Of a DNA stretch of 64,000 nt, positions 49,383 to 58,710 are shown in pieces. The DNA is taken from NCBI GenBank assembly GCA_016187125.1, contig JACPKF010000001.1, positions 302,178 through 366,177 of the forward strand, read 5' to 3'. The position numbers and the translations under genes are program-made. The notes under the pieces were generated by a model. It searched no databases. It saw only the letters and a program-made list of their open reading frames with translations, and was not told the origin of the DNA. The DNA is from Candidatus Saccharimonadota bacterium. Lineage in GTDB: Bacteria > Patescibacteriota > Saccharimonadia > Saccharimonadales > UBA10212. Position 1 is the first letter of the stretch; each line of letters opens with the position of its first letter.

Positions 49383-51599
49383 ATGAACTTATTTAGTAAA
49401 CTTCCGCTGATCGCTAAAATGGCAGCGGTGATATTGCCATTGGCAACTTTAACCGCCGTTATTGCGGGAGCCGGTGTTTCTACTTATAACAACCATAGAC
49501 CTCTTAAAGTAGCAACTATCGTGACTCCAAGTAACCCAACTGAAATTCTTGGGGACACTACGTATATGCCATCGCCTGAATATACAATGCCAACAACTTG
49601 CCCAGCGCCCTATACCGGCACACCGCCCAACTGCCAACCGCCAGCCGGTAGTACAAGTACTCCACCGCCGACTAGTACCACTCCACCGCCGACTAGTACC
49701 ACTTCACCGCCGACTAGTACCACTCCACCGGCCAGCAGCACCACTTCACCATCTGGTAGCACCATGCCAACATCTTGTCCAGCGCCCTATACCGGCACAC
49801 CGCCCAACTGCCAACCGCCAGCCGGATCAACTACATCACCATCCGGAAATAGTTATCCTTCTACCTGTCCACCGCCAGCTACTGGCACACCGCCCAACTG
49901 CCAACCGCCAGCCGGTAGTACAAGTACTGGAGGAGCACCTAGCAGTAGCCCAACGTCAGGTGGCGGCAACTCCCAACAATATGGAAGTCAGCCCAGTGGC
50001 TCGGGCAGCACACCAATAGCGCCGCCAACTCTGACAGTAAATAATCCATCATCTTGTATCCAGTCGGTGCTTGGATCGGATGCAGCCAATAGATTCCAAT
50101 CTGGAAATTTCGCTCCGACACCGGATCAAATTGCCAAGGCTCAGAGCTGCTTTAGCGCTCAGGTAAATTACGGCCCGCCCCCGTCTGGTTCTCAAGCCAG
50201 GAGTGGTCAGGGCTCAAGCGGTTCAAACAGCTCGTCTGGTTTCCAAGGCGGGCCAAACTCTCAGCAGGCATTCGCTAACATCGCCATAGCTCCGCCACCA
50301 GCCTTTCAAGCCGATTCGCCGATGTTGACCTGCGCTAAATCAATAGTTGGCGACCGTTTTGGTAGTCAGCCAACCCCCGAGCAAATGGCCCAAATCCAAT
50401 CTAAGTGTTTCGCTGCCGCTACATCTGGTCAACAGATCGGTTTTATTGATCCTAGCGGCCAAAACCGAGGCGGTCCGCTGCCGGGCGTGGCGTTGGCTAG
50501 CGGCGGGCCCAACGGACAGTCTGGACAACCGGGCTCCCCACCGGCCATGCCTCCCGAAATCAAAGCCTGCGTGCTTAAAGCCGGCATGAGTGAAACCGAT
50601 ATTAACGCTATCCAGCGCGGTCAATCGCCGACTGCTGCCCAACAAGCTCAAGGCGAAAGCTGTTTTAGCGCTTACGCTAAAGAAAAAGGCTACACGCCGC
50701 CAACCCTAACACCGCCCGATCCGACCCAACCGTTTGATCCAAATAGTAAGCAGAACCAGTGTGCCGATTTAGTTGCCCAAACCCACGGCATTAGGTTTAA
50801 CCAGATGAATCCAGGGATTGTCTCCTCCTGGAGCGCCGATGACGTCGGTAAACTACGCAGCTGCTACGGCGTAGCACCGGCCGGATCGGCTAGCAGTAAC
50901 AGCGTGGCCTTCGCGCCAACTAGCCCGCAGGTTGCCATTTCTAGCTCAAAACTGACCTGCATGCAAACAGCCCTTGGCGCTGACAAAATAGCCGCGGTTG
51001 TGGCTGGAACTGCCAATATTAGTGACGCTGACCGTAAGAATGTTTACGATAAATGTATCAACCCGACTAAAATTGCCGCAGGAGCTAATCCGGCGCTGCT
51101 TGGAGTGCTGGCCGCTATGCCACCATCTGAGCTGGAAAGCCAGTTTATCCCAGTAGACTCCCAAACCTTGCCGACTCCCACAGCCTCTAACGTTAACCAA
51201 GGCTCAAACGGTGAAGTAACCGTTGGCGGTGAGGTTATAGTGGCCGCCGGCGCAACACTGCCCACAAAAGTTGACATCTTTGTTAAATCCACGCCGCAAA
51301 CCTATACGGTCTCCTTGAAGAAAATCAGTGCCACCAAGGCTACCTGGACAGTCAACATTGCTCAAAACAAACTACCTCTGGGTAACCACAAAGCTTACGC
51401 CGTAGCTACTTTGGCTGATGCCACGCAGTTGCGCAGCCCCGAAGCTAAATTCGCCATCGCGGCTTTTAAAGCTGCTAAAAGCCGCTTACCAGTGGTTATT
51501 GAAGGAACAGCCGTCGGACTAGCCGTCATTGTCGGCGGTTGGGCTGGCTGGCGTTGGCACAACAAGAAATCGCTGCTACCTTGGCGCCCCCAACACTAA
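49383..51599 (+). CDS. large secreted Pro/Ser/Thr-rich protein with Cys-containing repeat modules and C-terminal TM anchor
   Basis: 738 aa with a signal/TM at the N-terminus. It has 3 modules of CP(A/P)P(Y)TGTPPNCQPPAGST (the 32-nt exact repeat GGCACACCGCCCAACTGCCAACCGCCAGCCGG occurs 3 times, at 49617-49648, 49794-49825 and 49884-49915) and a C-terminal TM GLAVIVGGWAGW. Confidence 0.75.
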   Translation: MNLFSKLPLIAKMAAVILPLATLTAVIAGAGVSTYNNHRPLKVATIVTPSNPTEILGDTTYMPSPEYTMPTTCPAPYTGTPPNCQPPAGSTSTPPPTSTTPPPTSTTSPPTSTTPPASSTTSPSGSTMPTSCPAPYTGTPPNCQPPAGSTTSPSGNSYPSTCPPPATGTPPNCQPPAGSTSTGGAPSSSPTSGGGNSQQYGSQPSGSGSTPIAPPTLTVNNPSSCIQSVLGSDAANRFQSGNFAPTPDQIAKAQSCFSAQVNYGPPPSGSQARSGQGSSGSNSSSGFQGGPNSQQAFANIAIAPPPAFQADSPMLTCAKSIVGDRFGSQPTPEQMAQIQSKCFAAATSGQQIGFIDPSGQNRGGPLPGVALASGGPNGQSGQPGSPPAMPPEIKACVLKAGMSETDINAIQRGQSPTAAQQAQGESCFSAYAKEKGYTPPTLTPPDPTQPFDPNSKQNQCADLVAQTHGIRFNQMNPGIVSSWSADDVGKLRSCYGVAPAGSASSNSVAFAPTSPQVAISSSKLTCMQTALGADKIAAVVAGTANISDADRKNVYDKCINPTKIAAGANPALLGVLAAMPPSELESQFIPVDSQTLPTPTASNVNQGSNGEVTVGGEVIVAAGATLPTKVDIFVKSTPQTYTVSLKKISATKATWTVNIAQNKLPLGNHKAYAVATLADATQLRSPEAKFAIAAFKAAKSRLPVVIEGTAVGLAVIVGGWAGWRWHNKKSLLPWRPQH

Positions 51600-51658
51600 G
51601 CAAAACCTCTAGTTTCATCTGTTAAACAGTGCTATAATCACCTCTGCTACTGAATACC

Positions 51659-51773
51659 AATTTTGTGAAGTTGTGCATTGCAATACTTCGCGAAATTGAG
51701 AGGAGAAGCATAGCTATAAGCCGAAGCTTTTGCCACTATTGGCAAAACTAGGCAATAGTGCAAGTTTCGACGT
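51659..51773 (+). promoter_or_regulatory. stable-RNA promoter/leader cassette (tRNA-His copy)
   Basis: AATTTTGTGAAG-N-CGCGAAATTGAGAGGAGAAGCATAGCTATAAG, hairpin TTTTGCCA-ctat-TGGCAAAA, then GTTTCGACGT before the tRNA. Confidence 0.65.
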
Positions 51774-51849
51774 GGTGCCTGTGGCTTAGTGGTTAAAGCG
51801 CCGCTCTGTGGAGGCGGATACGAGAGTTCAATTCTCTTCAGGCACCCCA
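51774..51849 (+). tRNA. tRNA-His (anticodon GTG) with encoded G-1 and CCA
   Basis: G-GTGCCTGTGGCTTAGTGGTTAAAGCGCCGCTCTGTGGAGGCGGATACGAGAGTTCAATTCTCTTCAGGCACCCCA. Confidence 0.88.
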
Positions 51850-51892
51850 GATTAACCAATTCAAGACCCATCGTTCGCCCCACATTATAGTC

Positions 51893-52420
51893 ATGAGAAG
51901 TATTAATCCTTTTAAATGGCCGATTAATATTAAGGCCAAAAGAGGTACCCTAGAGCACAACACCTTTATTCTGCAGACTATCCAGCCAGGATTAGCCGGA
52001 CTGATGGATGGTTCAGTTTCAACTTTGGCGCCAATTTTCGCGGCCGCTTTTGCTACCAAGCAGCCGCACATTGCTTTTATAGTTGGCCTGTCAGCGGCTG
52101 TTGGTGCAGCAATTAGCATGGCCTTTGCCGAAGGTTTAAGTGATGATGGCAAGTTGACAGGTAGAGGTCACCCATTTCGTCGAGGAGTTATTATAGGTTT
52201 GATGACCTTCCTGGGTGGTGTTTTTCACACTATTCCTTTTCTTATGTCCAACCTCCACACGGCACTAACCATTGCTTATTTAGTGGTAGGCATAGAACTA
52301 ATAGTTATAGCTTATGTAAGGTTTTACTACTTCCAAATGAGGTTTTGGCTATCAGTTTTACAAGTAATAGTTGGAGGCGGTCTGGTGTTTGCCGCTGGAA
52401 TTTTAATCGGCGCCTCTTAA
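51893..52420 (+). CDS. VIT1/CCC1 family iron/manganese transporter-like membrane protein
   Basis: 175 aa: GLAGLMDGSVSTLAPIFAAAF, SMAFAEGLSDDG, followed by TM helices. Confidence 0.65.
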   Translation: MRSINPFKWPINIKAKRGTLEHNTFILQTIQPGLAGLMDGSVSTLAPIFAAAFATKQPHIAFIVGLSAAVGAAISMAFAEGLSDDGKLTGRGHPFRRGVIIGLMTFLGGVFHTIPFLMSNLHTALTIAYLVVGIELIVIAYVRFYYFQMRFWLSVLQVIVGGGLVFAAGILIGAS

Positions 52421-52431
52421 GATCAAATTTT

Positions 52432-52640
52432 AAATTTTATCCCGTTTTTGGTCCGATTCAGCCTTCGTAGCCTAGCGCTACTACGGCGAAGTAGGCTCGG
52501 ACAAATCTCGGGATAAAATTTATTACCCCACGCACCAGAAGGCCACCGACTCCTGTCGGTGGATGATAGTTGGTGCATTGGCCTTCGGTGCGGGGTTTCG
52601 CACCGTAATCTGAGAAGCCGCCAACTCCTGTTGGCGGTGC
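52432..52640. repeat. cluster of long hairpins / palindromic units
   Basis: A 90-nt hairpin closed by AAATTTTATCCCG/CGGGATAAAATTT (52432-52521), then GGCCACCGACTCCTGTCGGTGG and GCCGCCAACTCCTGTTGGCGGTGC units. Confidence 0.7.
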
Positions 52641-52720
52641 TTCACTTTTGTTATATTTGAAAAATAATCGATCAATTCCCCGCCTATGTTTATCTTGCCT
52701 ATGAGTAATGGCTTATCGAA

Positions 52721-53374
52721 TTATGCAGCTAAACTTAGAGCTGACAAAACAGCCAGCGGCACCAAGATATTATCTGTGCCCCAAAAACCGCCGGCATTTT
52801 CTAAGATTGCCAGTATTGGCGGCAGCCCCAGAATTAAAACCGTGTATTGATGATAGCCAATCAGGTCGCGGGCAAACAGCAGTCCAATGCCGAGTATAAA
52901 AACCGACACTAACCAGAAGGCCATAGTCCCAATAACTGTTTTAGTATAATGGAAAATTTTATAGCCCCAGCGCTTATGTAGTTTCTCGCCAACTATGGCA
53001 GCCAGGCCATCAGCCACCGACAGGTGAAAAATAGCCAGGGCAAAAAATATTTTTTGATCAGTCAGCATAGAGCAAAGTAGAATTGCCACGGCGTACAAGA
53101 TGTTCCCATAAGTCCGGCGCTGAACTGGGGCATTAGAGTGAAAAATCGGACGCCGATCAAATAAATTGACTACCAGCATAAGTAGAGCGATTACTTGAAT
53201 AGCCCGCCAAGAAATCAGCCAAGGCCAAAAGGCTACAAAAATTCCTACGGCAATGTGAACGAATTTGCGGTTATACTCGCCTCTTAGAATCTTATATTTC
53301 CACAAGATTTCCGAGACTACCAAAATAGCCAAGACGCCGGCCAGACAGGCAATAACCGCAAGCATTATGAACAT
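52721..53374 (-). CDS. CTP-dependent polyprenol/diacylglycerol kinase family membrane protein (dolichol/phytol-kinase-like)
   Basis: 217 aa, multi-TM: YNRKFVHIAVG, SVADGLAAIVGEKLHKRWG. Confidence 0.6.
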   Translation of the reverse strand: MFIMLAVIACLAGVLAILVVSEILWKYKILRGEYNRKFVHIAVGIFVAFWPWLISWRAIQVIALLMLVVNLFDRRPIFHSNAPVQRRTYGNILYAVAILLCSMLTDQKIFFALAIFHLSVADGLAAIVGEKLHKRWGYKIFHYTKTVIGTMAFWLVSVFILGIGLLFARDLIGYHQYTVLILGLPPILAILENAGGFWGTDNILVPLAVLSALSLAA

Positions 53375-53415
53375 TTTACTCCTATTTGTTAAAATCAGCC
53401 TGGTGTCTGATTAAC

Positions 53416-53530
53416 AATTTTGCAAGGTCGTGCGTAGCAGACTCTTGTAAAATTGAGAGGAGAGGCATAGCGTTAGGTCGAAGCTTTTGGCGATGTAGCC
53501 AAAACGAGACTTACGCGCAGGCTTCGACGA
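53416..53530 (+). promoter_or_regulatory. stable-RNA promoter/leader cassette (tRNA-Pro CGG copy)
   Basis: AATTTTGCAAGG-N-CTTGTAAAATTGAGAGGAGAGGCATAGCGTTAGG, hairpin TTTTGGC-gatgta-GCCAAAA, then GCGCAGGCTTCGACGA before the tRNA. Confidence 0.65.
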
Positions 53531-53607
53531 CGGAGCGTGGCGCAGCTTGGTAGCGCGCATCGTTCGGGACGATGAGGTCGCCGGTTCAAATCCGGCCGCT
53601 CCGACCA
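53531..53607 (+). tRNA. tRNA-Pro (anticodon CGG), CCA encoded
   Basis: CGGAGCGTGGCGCAGCTTGGTAGCGCGCATCGTTCGGGACGATGAGGTCGCCGGTTCAAATCCGGCCGCTCCGACCA. Confidence 0.9.
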
Positions 53608-53899
53608 AAGTGCTAGGGACGGAGATATTACTACTTGTCCGCTCGAAAGCTTAAGCATCTCGCTAATTAAGTGAAGCGCTCCACGGACTAAAGTCCGTGG
53701 CTTCAGGCTTGCGGCTTTCGGAGCGTGGAACCCCGCACCGAAAGCCAGAACTGGCATTCAGCCCCGAACTAAAGTTCGAGGCTTTCTGGTGCGTGGGTAA
53801 ACTCGAACTGCCACAGGCAGTTCTCCGGTCGTGGGTTAGCGCTGCGCGAGAGCCAGAGCGCTATCCCGCCACCCCGACCATTCAAAACTTAGCGATTTT
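53608..53899. repeat. GC-rich cluster of palindromic units (BIME-like)
   Basis: CCACGGACTAAAGTCCGTGG (53681-53700), CCCGAACTAAAGTTCGAGG, CTGCCACAGGCAG and other hairpins. The track ORFs here were rejected. Confidence 0.7.
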
Positions 53900-55231
53900 T
53901 CATAGGTTCTGAGTAACGCCTGCAAACAGTATTTCTTGTGTTCGACTATCAGTAATTGCATAGAAGAATGGCTGGTTAACTTCCATATAGAAAGTTTTTT
54001 TCTTTACGGGCTCTGCAGTTGCGGAAAGTTCGACAATTTCTACACTCGTAATAGCTGCAGCTTCGGTGCCTTTTTCATCAACGTCTATATAAGATTTGTG
54101 TTTTACCTTACTAATTTTTAGATTTTTGTCTATGCCACTAAAATCCGCGTTATCCTCGAAAGCAGTTTTCATACCAAGACCTTTTAAAGTCTCATTCAGC
54201 TCCTTTTCATATGTTGCTTTGAATTTAGGCATCCAGAGCGTACCTTCGGTGTCTTGGTAGCTGGCCAGCCACTTGCTCCAGTTATTTAGGTCCAAGCTGG
54301 CGACAAAAGATTGAAGATTCTTTGGTAAAAATACTTCCATCCTAAAGTCCCCGCTTTTGCCATACGGAAGAACGACACTTTGGAAATCACTTGTTTCCAG
54401 ATATGACATTTTGTCATGTCTGTACATGAATGGACGGTTCTGTTTTGCAGACGATGAGGAATGGAAATCTTTGTTTTCTGTTAGTTTTTCATTAAATTTC
54501 GACGACCATTCACCTTTAAAATACATGGCATTGATAAGAAACATCATGCTATCACTATTAACTTGGTCTACTATGGTCGGGATTTTACCTTTGGTCTTTT
54601 GATTCACCCAGCTATTAATCTGATCAGCGGCAGCCGGACTATTGAAATCTAGAGCCAAGGCTTCAGCCTGATAGAAGGTTTTTACGTTACTTATAAAGTC
54701 ATTTTTAGGATGAAGGCTTTGCCTGTACCACAAGGAGTTCGCTGCCGAAATTTCAACCCCGGAAGATTGATCATTTAATATTTTTATTAAACCCAGGCTC
54801 TGCTGATTGAGTTCTGAGGTGCTTAAGTTTTTTAGCTGAAGAACTCTAGTCATTTCGTCCTTAGTGGTTGAGTTGGCTCCGTTATAAGCCATGGATAGAG
54901 CTAGCGAAATGCCAGCTGGGGAAATAAAAAAGTTATTTTTAGCTTCTTTTTTACTAAGGGACTTGATGAGATTTAATCCAAACTCATCATGGGCATTTTG
55001 AAGATCTTTGGGCGTCTGATAAGTTGACGCTAGCTCCGACTTACCGTGTGAATTCTTATTTGGGCTGTCTTGCTTGGATTGATAGACCCGGTAACCGGCC
55101 AATCCCATGATTGCAATTATCATGATTATAATTAAGTGCTCGAAGATAGCCATGCCGCTTTGGTTCTTTGTGGTCGGCTTTGTTTGGCTAATCATAAAGA
55201 TAATTATCATGGCCGGCAGATCTTTAGTCAA
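53900..55231 (-). CDS. serpin family protease inhibitor with N-terminal membrane anchor
   Basis: 443 aa: NFFISPAGISLALSMAYNGA, hinge/RCL EKGTEAAAITSVEIVELSA, C-terminal FYMEVNQPFFYAITD. Confidence 0.8.
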   Translation of the reverse strand: MTKDLPAMIIIFMISQTKPTTKNQSGMAIFEHLIIIMIIAIMGLAGYRVYQSKQDSPNKNSHGKSELASTYQTPKDLQNAHDEFGLNLIKSLSKKEAKNNFFISPAGISLALSMAYNGANSTTKDEMTRVLQLKNLSTSELNQQSLGLIKILNDQSSGVEISAANSLWYRQSLHPKNDFISNVKTFYQAEALALDFNSPAAADQINSWVNQKTKGKIPTIVDQVNSDSMMFLINAMYFKGEWSSKFNEKLTENKDFHSSSSAKQNRPFMYRHDKMSYLETSDFQSVVLPYGKSGDFRMEVFLPKNLQSFVASLDLNNWSKWLASYQDTEGTLWMPKFKATYEKELNETLKGLGMKTAFEDNADFSGIDKNLKISKVKHKSYIDVDEKGTEAAAITSVEIVELSATAEPVKKKTFYMEVNQPFFYAITDSRTQEILFAGVTQNL

Positions 55232-55297
55232 TTAATATAAGCATCCTCGTTTTAGATTAAGCTTTACGGTTGAGTTAGGAGCTGCTATAAACCAAAC

Positions 55298-56143
55298 ATG
55301 TCAGTTGTTGATTTTTTTGAATCATTTATCGAAGCTTTCCGTAAGACTAGGGTGGTTGTAAGGCTTAGCTTTAAGTCTCTGCGCAAAGACCCTCAAATTT
55401 TGGTCTACCCATACTTGGCAGTAAGCTTCATACTACTTACTTCACCAATTGTTTCTGGCATCGTATTGTCGATTTGGCGGCGGCTTGATCAACCAGCAGT
55501 AGTTGCCGAAGTAACCCAAAAGGCGCCTGACGTTTTTCTGGCAAAAGTTGGCTTGGTTAGTTTTTCGGTTTTTTATGCCGCATTCATAACCTCTTACTTC
55601 ATTGTGGCCATGTCGGCCGGCGCGTTGGCCAAGTTAGAAAACCGACCAACTTCTCTCCTTTATGGCCTACGGCAGGTGTTTAAACATTTTTTCAGAGTCA
55701 GCCAGTTTGCGCTGTTAGCTATTTTCTTTTTACCACTTGGTGTTGCCGCTCAGTACCGTAAGCTGCGTAGCCCTAAAGCGTTAGTTGAAATTATTGGCAG
55801 TTCATTTTCGCTCAACATGGCCCAGCTGGCCCCGGCGGTCCTAAGTACTGAAAAAAGCCTGCTGGCAATAGTCAGGCACTCCATCAATACTCTAGGGCAG
55901 GCCTGGCGCGAGAATTTAATTATCAAAGGAGGCATGTATCTGACCTTTTTACTCCTGGCCTCTGTCAGTTTTTTGCCTAAAGTCATTGAACACTACTGGT
56001 TTGAGGGCCGCTCGGCTCAAATTATTAGCTGGATAGCCACAGCTCTGCTGGGGGTAACCAGCTATGTGGCCGTCAAAGTTATTGGAGCTGTCTTTACCAC
56101 CACTTTGTACCACCAGGCCAAAAAGCCCGACACCAAAACTTGA
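55298..56143 (+). CDS. hypothetical polytopic membrane protein
   Basis: 281 aa, about 6 TM helices. No family recognised. Confidence 0.6.
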   Translation: MSVVDFFESFIEAFRKTRVVVRLSFKSLRKDPQILVYPYLAVSFILLTSPIVSGIVLSIWRRLDQPAVVAEVTQKAPDVFLAKVGLVSFSVFYAAFITSYFIVAMSAGALAKLENRPTSLLYGLRQVFKHFFRVSQFALLAIFFLPLGVAAQYRKLRSPKALVEIIGSSFSLNMAQLAPAVLSTEKSLLAIVRHSINTLGQAWRENLIIKGGMYLTFLLLASVSFLPKVIEHYWFEGRSAQIISWIATALLGVTSYVAVKVIGAVFTTTLYHQAKKPDTKT

Positions 56144-56354
56144 TGCTTCATAATCCCGACAAAAGTCGGGACTGCTCCGCCCAGCTTTCGACTTCGCTCA
56201 AGCTAAAGGTTCTGGTACGGGGCCACATACCGTATGGTACGTGGCGGGGCAGGCAAAAATAGAGCCGTAATATTTGCGATAAAGTAATAATTATGATATA
56301 CTACCATGTAGTTCGATAGTTTCCCATGGAATTTGTGATATTCGGAGGTAAAAA

Positions 56355-57146
56355 ATGACTGAAGTAATCAGTAGATATGAACAAGGCTTACTAGATAGAT
56401 GCCCAGCTGATCGCGTAGTTGAGGTAGGCCGGGATTTACCCGAAATCGTCCCCAATAGACTTCAGCACCTGCGCCGAACTGCCGTCGCCAGCGGTTGTTT
56501 GATCCTCGCCTCGTTAGGCTTGGTAGCGGCAAATGCTCGGTCAAGTAGCGAACGGCGCCCGGCGTACACCCCGGCACCCCCCGCCATACAAGCTGATTTT
56601 CCGGTACCAGTCCGGTGTTATAAAACAGATTCCGATTTCTACCTTGCTGAAGGCATAGATCCTAACAAACTTATTTTTGAGACACCTGGACTATTAGCAG
56701 GTTTTTATAGATATCCATATGAAACTCCAATCGCTGAAAATCCAATCGTTGGTTTTAGCCCTGGAGAGTGTACCGCTTTAGAAAAGATTAAGAGAGCGGT
56801 CCCTATGTATCCCGAAGACGCAGCAGCAGCCGAATATATTAAAATTCATGAACTGCAGCATGCCACCACCGATATAGATAGAATAGTAGATCCAGTTTAC
56901 GGTGGCGATTTTGAGGGTCAGGCGGACTGCCAAACAGCCAAGACATATTCCGAGTATCTTTACCGGGATGGTTTCCGGGGGCACCGTGTATTTAACTTGT
57001 TAACCTTCCTAGCTCAGCGTAATACCGGATACGATCCACAAAAAACTCGACACTGCTGGCCCGTGTGGCTGACTAAAGATCCTGATCCTGCTTTGATGGT
57101 GGAGAGTGTCGCCATCATAGTCAAGCCCGATCCTGAGTTTAAGTAG
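56355..57146 (+). CDS. hypothetical membrane-anchored protein with HExxH motif
   Basis: 263 aa. TM segment VASGCLILASLGLVAA; IHELQHA (HExxH). Confidence 0.5.
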   Translation: MTEVISRYEQGLLDRCPADRVVEVGRDLPEIVPNRLQHLRRTAVASGCLILASLGLVAANARSSSERRPAYTPAPPAIQADFPVPVRCYKTDSDFYLAEGIDPNKLIFETPGLLAGFYRYPYETPIAENPIVGFSPGECTALEKIKRAVPMYPEDAAAAEYIKIHELQHATTDIDRIVDPVYGGDFEGQADCQTAKTYSEYLYRDGFRGHRVFNLLTFLAQRNTGYDPQKTRHCWPVWLTKDPDPALMVESVAIIVKPDPEFK

Positions 57147-57342
57147 CCAACCCCTATTTTATACTGGCACTATTTTACAATCTAAATGGTCGAGATTTAC
57201 AGAGAAGTTAGAACTGCTTTCTGCAAGCTTAACCTTTAACCGAGCTTCAGTCGCGCCGCCTTCCACCTGCGCCAAGGCTTCGGCGGACAGATCGGCGGCG
57301 CTCCAGCAGCTCGGCACGGCGCACCTCGCCCGCCGTGCCTCC

Positions 57343-57358
57343 TCCGCCAGCTGGCGGA
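57343..57358. repeat. F3 palindrome TCCGCCAGCTGGCGGA (intergenic)
   Basis: Exact 16-mer in a GC-rich spacer. Confidence 0.9.
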
Positions 57359-57407
57359 TATTTTTTGCCCGCGCGATTTTTGCAAGTTGTTAGTGAAGCT
57401 GTATTTT

Positions 57408-57671
57408 TTATGTATCGAACTCGCTGGCGAGTCTCGTAACTAAACGAACAGTTGGTGGTACGATAGCTTGCATTACAACAGCTTCGGCCGGTGTCTCGAC
57501 TACTTTTCTGGAATATACATGACGGTCAAATGGGTATGGAAAACTGATTCTAGTAAGTTTATCAACAGCTTGCTGTCCTAGATTCTCGACAAGGGCAGCT
57601 CGACACTCTTCTGGTGTCAAGCCTTCACAAAGCTCTGCCGCCGCATCCATTAACTCAAAGCGGTCCATCAT
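57408..57671 (-). CDS. hypothetical protein (87 aa)
   Basis: Second gene of a two-gene unit, with a 4-nt ATGA-type overlap with 57668..58198. Confidence 0.5.
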   Translation of the reverse strand: MMDRFELMDAAAELCEGLTPEECRAALVENLGQQAVDKLTRISFPYPFDRHVYSRKVVETPAEAVVMQAIVPPTVRLVTRLASEFDT

Positions 57672-58198
57672 TCCACAGCACGTTCTAGAGATGCACGAGC
57701 AATATCGTCGTAAAATTCAGTACGAGGTGCCAGCGGAGTTTCTATGCCCCTCAATGGAACTAAACTTACACCGGCTCCTTCTGTGTCTGTCGCTGGGCAT
57801 TCGATTGATGCACACACCGCAAAGCGTTCTGGTTCAATGCCCTGAAGTTTAAAACCTGACATATTACGCACATAAGCTCCGTTTGTATCTAGAACCGTAA
57901 GCCCATTGAACTTTCCGTAGATTGTCTGTAAACGGACGCTGCCGGTGACACCATAGAAATTATACTGCAAACCTAAAGAAGTAGGCGTAAATTCTTCGGT
58001 GGTCTCAAATCGCACATACGAGCCTACAAGACCTTGTTCTTCCAATTCTGCATTTTTTGCAGCTACTTCTGTCTCCAATTGCTCCCTCGTAGCATCAGCA
58101 ACCTCAACTGCTGAAATTGCCAGCCTTCTGCTTTTATTAAATTCAGCGGATTTTGGTAGTTGCTCCGCAAACTCTTGCCCCGTTAATCTCTCTGCCAT
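57668..58198 (-). CDS. hypothetical protein (176 aa)
   Basis: AAAGGAG lies 7 nt before the ATG. No recognisable motif. Confidence 0.55.
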   Translation of the reverse strand: MAERLTGQEFAEQLPKSAEFNKSRRLAISAVEVADATREQLETEVAAKNAELEEQGLVGSYVRFETTEEFTPTSLGLQYNFYGVTGSVRLQTIYGKFNGLTVLDTNGAYVRNMSGFKLQGIEPERFAVCASIECPATDTEGAGVSLVPLRGIETPLAPRTEFYDDIARASLERAVE

Positions 58199-58493
58199 AA
58201 TTACTCCTTTAATTTAATATTTTGTTCTTTTTGTCCAAAAATGCAAGCATTACCGAAATGGCAAACACGATCAATACTAAAATATTGTTGGACTCAGCTC
58301 AGAATCACTTTTTTAATTGGCGCATTCGGACAGTTGGAAGTGATTCAAAATAACTTCTTAAGATTTCAGCTACATTGGCCCTTCGACTCACTATGTTCGC
58401 TCAGGGTCATTCGACTCGGCATAATGGTTTACTCTTCGATTAAACTCAGGGCAAGACCATGAGCGAGGCAGAATTTATTTCTGCCGAGTCGAA

Positions 58494-58570
58494 TGGTCGG
58501 GGATGCCAGATTTGAACTGGCGACCTCCGCGTCCCAAACGCGGCGCGCTACCAGACTGTGCTAATCCCCG
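58494..58570 (-). tRNA. tRNA-Pro (anticodon TGG), CCA encoded
   Basis: The reverse complement is CGGGGATTAGCACAGTCTGGTAGCGCGCCGCGTTTGGGACGCGGAGGTCGCCAGTTCAAATCTGGCATCCCCGACCA. Confidence 0.9.
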
Positions 58571-58686
58571 TCGTCGTGACTTACGCGCCTACCTCGTTTT
58601 ACATAATCAGTAAAAGCTTCAGTCTAGCGCTACGAGTGCTCCTCTCAATTTTGCAAAAACCTGCACTGCGTGTTTTTGCAAAATTG
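58571..58686 (-). promoter_or_regulatory. stable-RNA promoter/leader cassette (tRNA-Pro TGG copy)
   Basis: Nearly identical to 27079..27194 (1 mismatch seen in the shared ~105 nt). Confidence 0.7.
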
Positions 58687-58710
58687 GAAATAAACCAAAT
58701 AACAGACTAA

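Noticed and set aside
53411-53912. Track ORFs 53411..53608, 53473..53757 and 53697..53912
   Set aside because: They overlap tRNA-Pro(CGG), its leader cassette and the GC-rich palindromic cluster.
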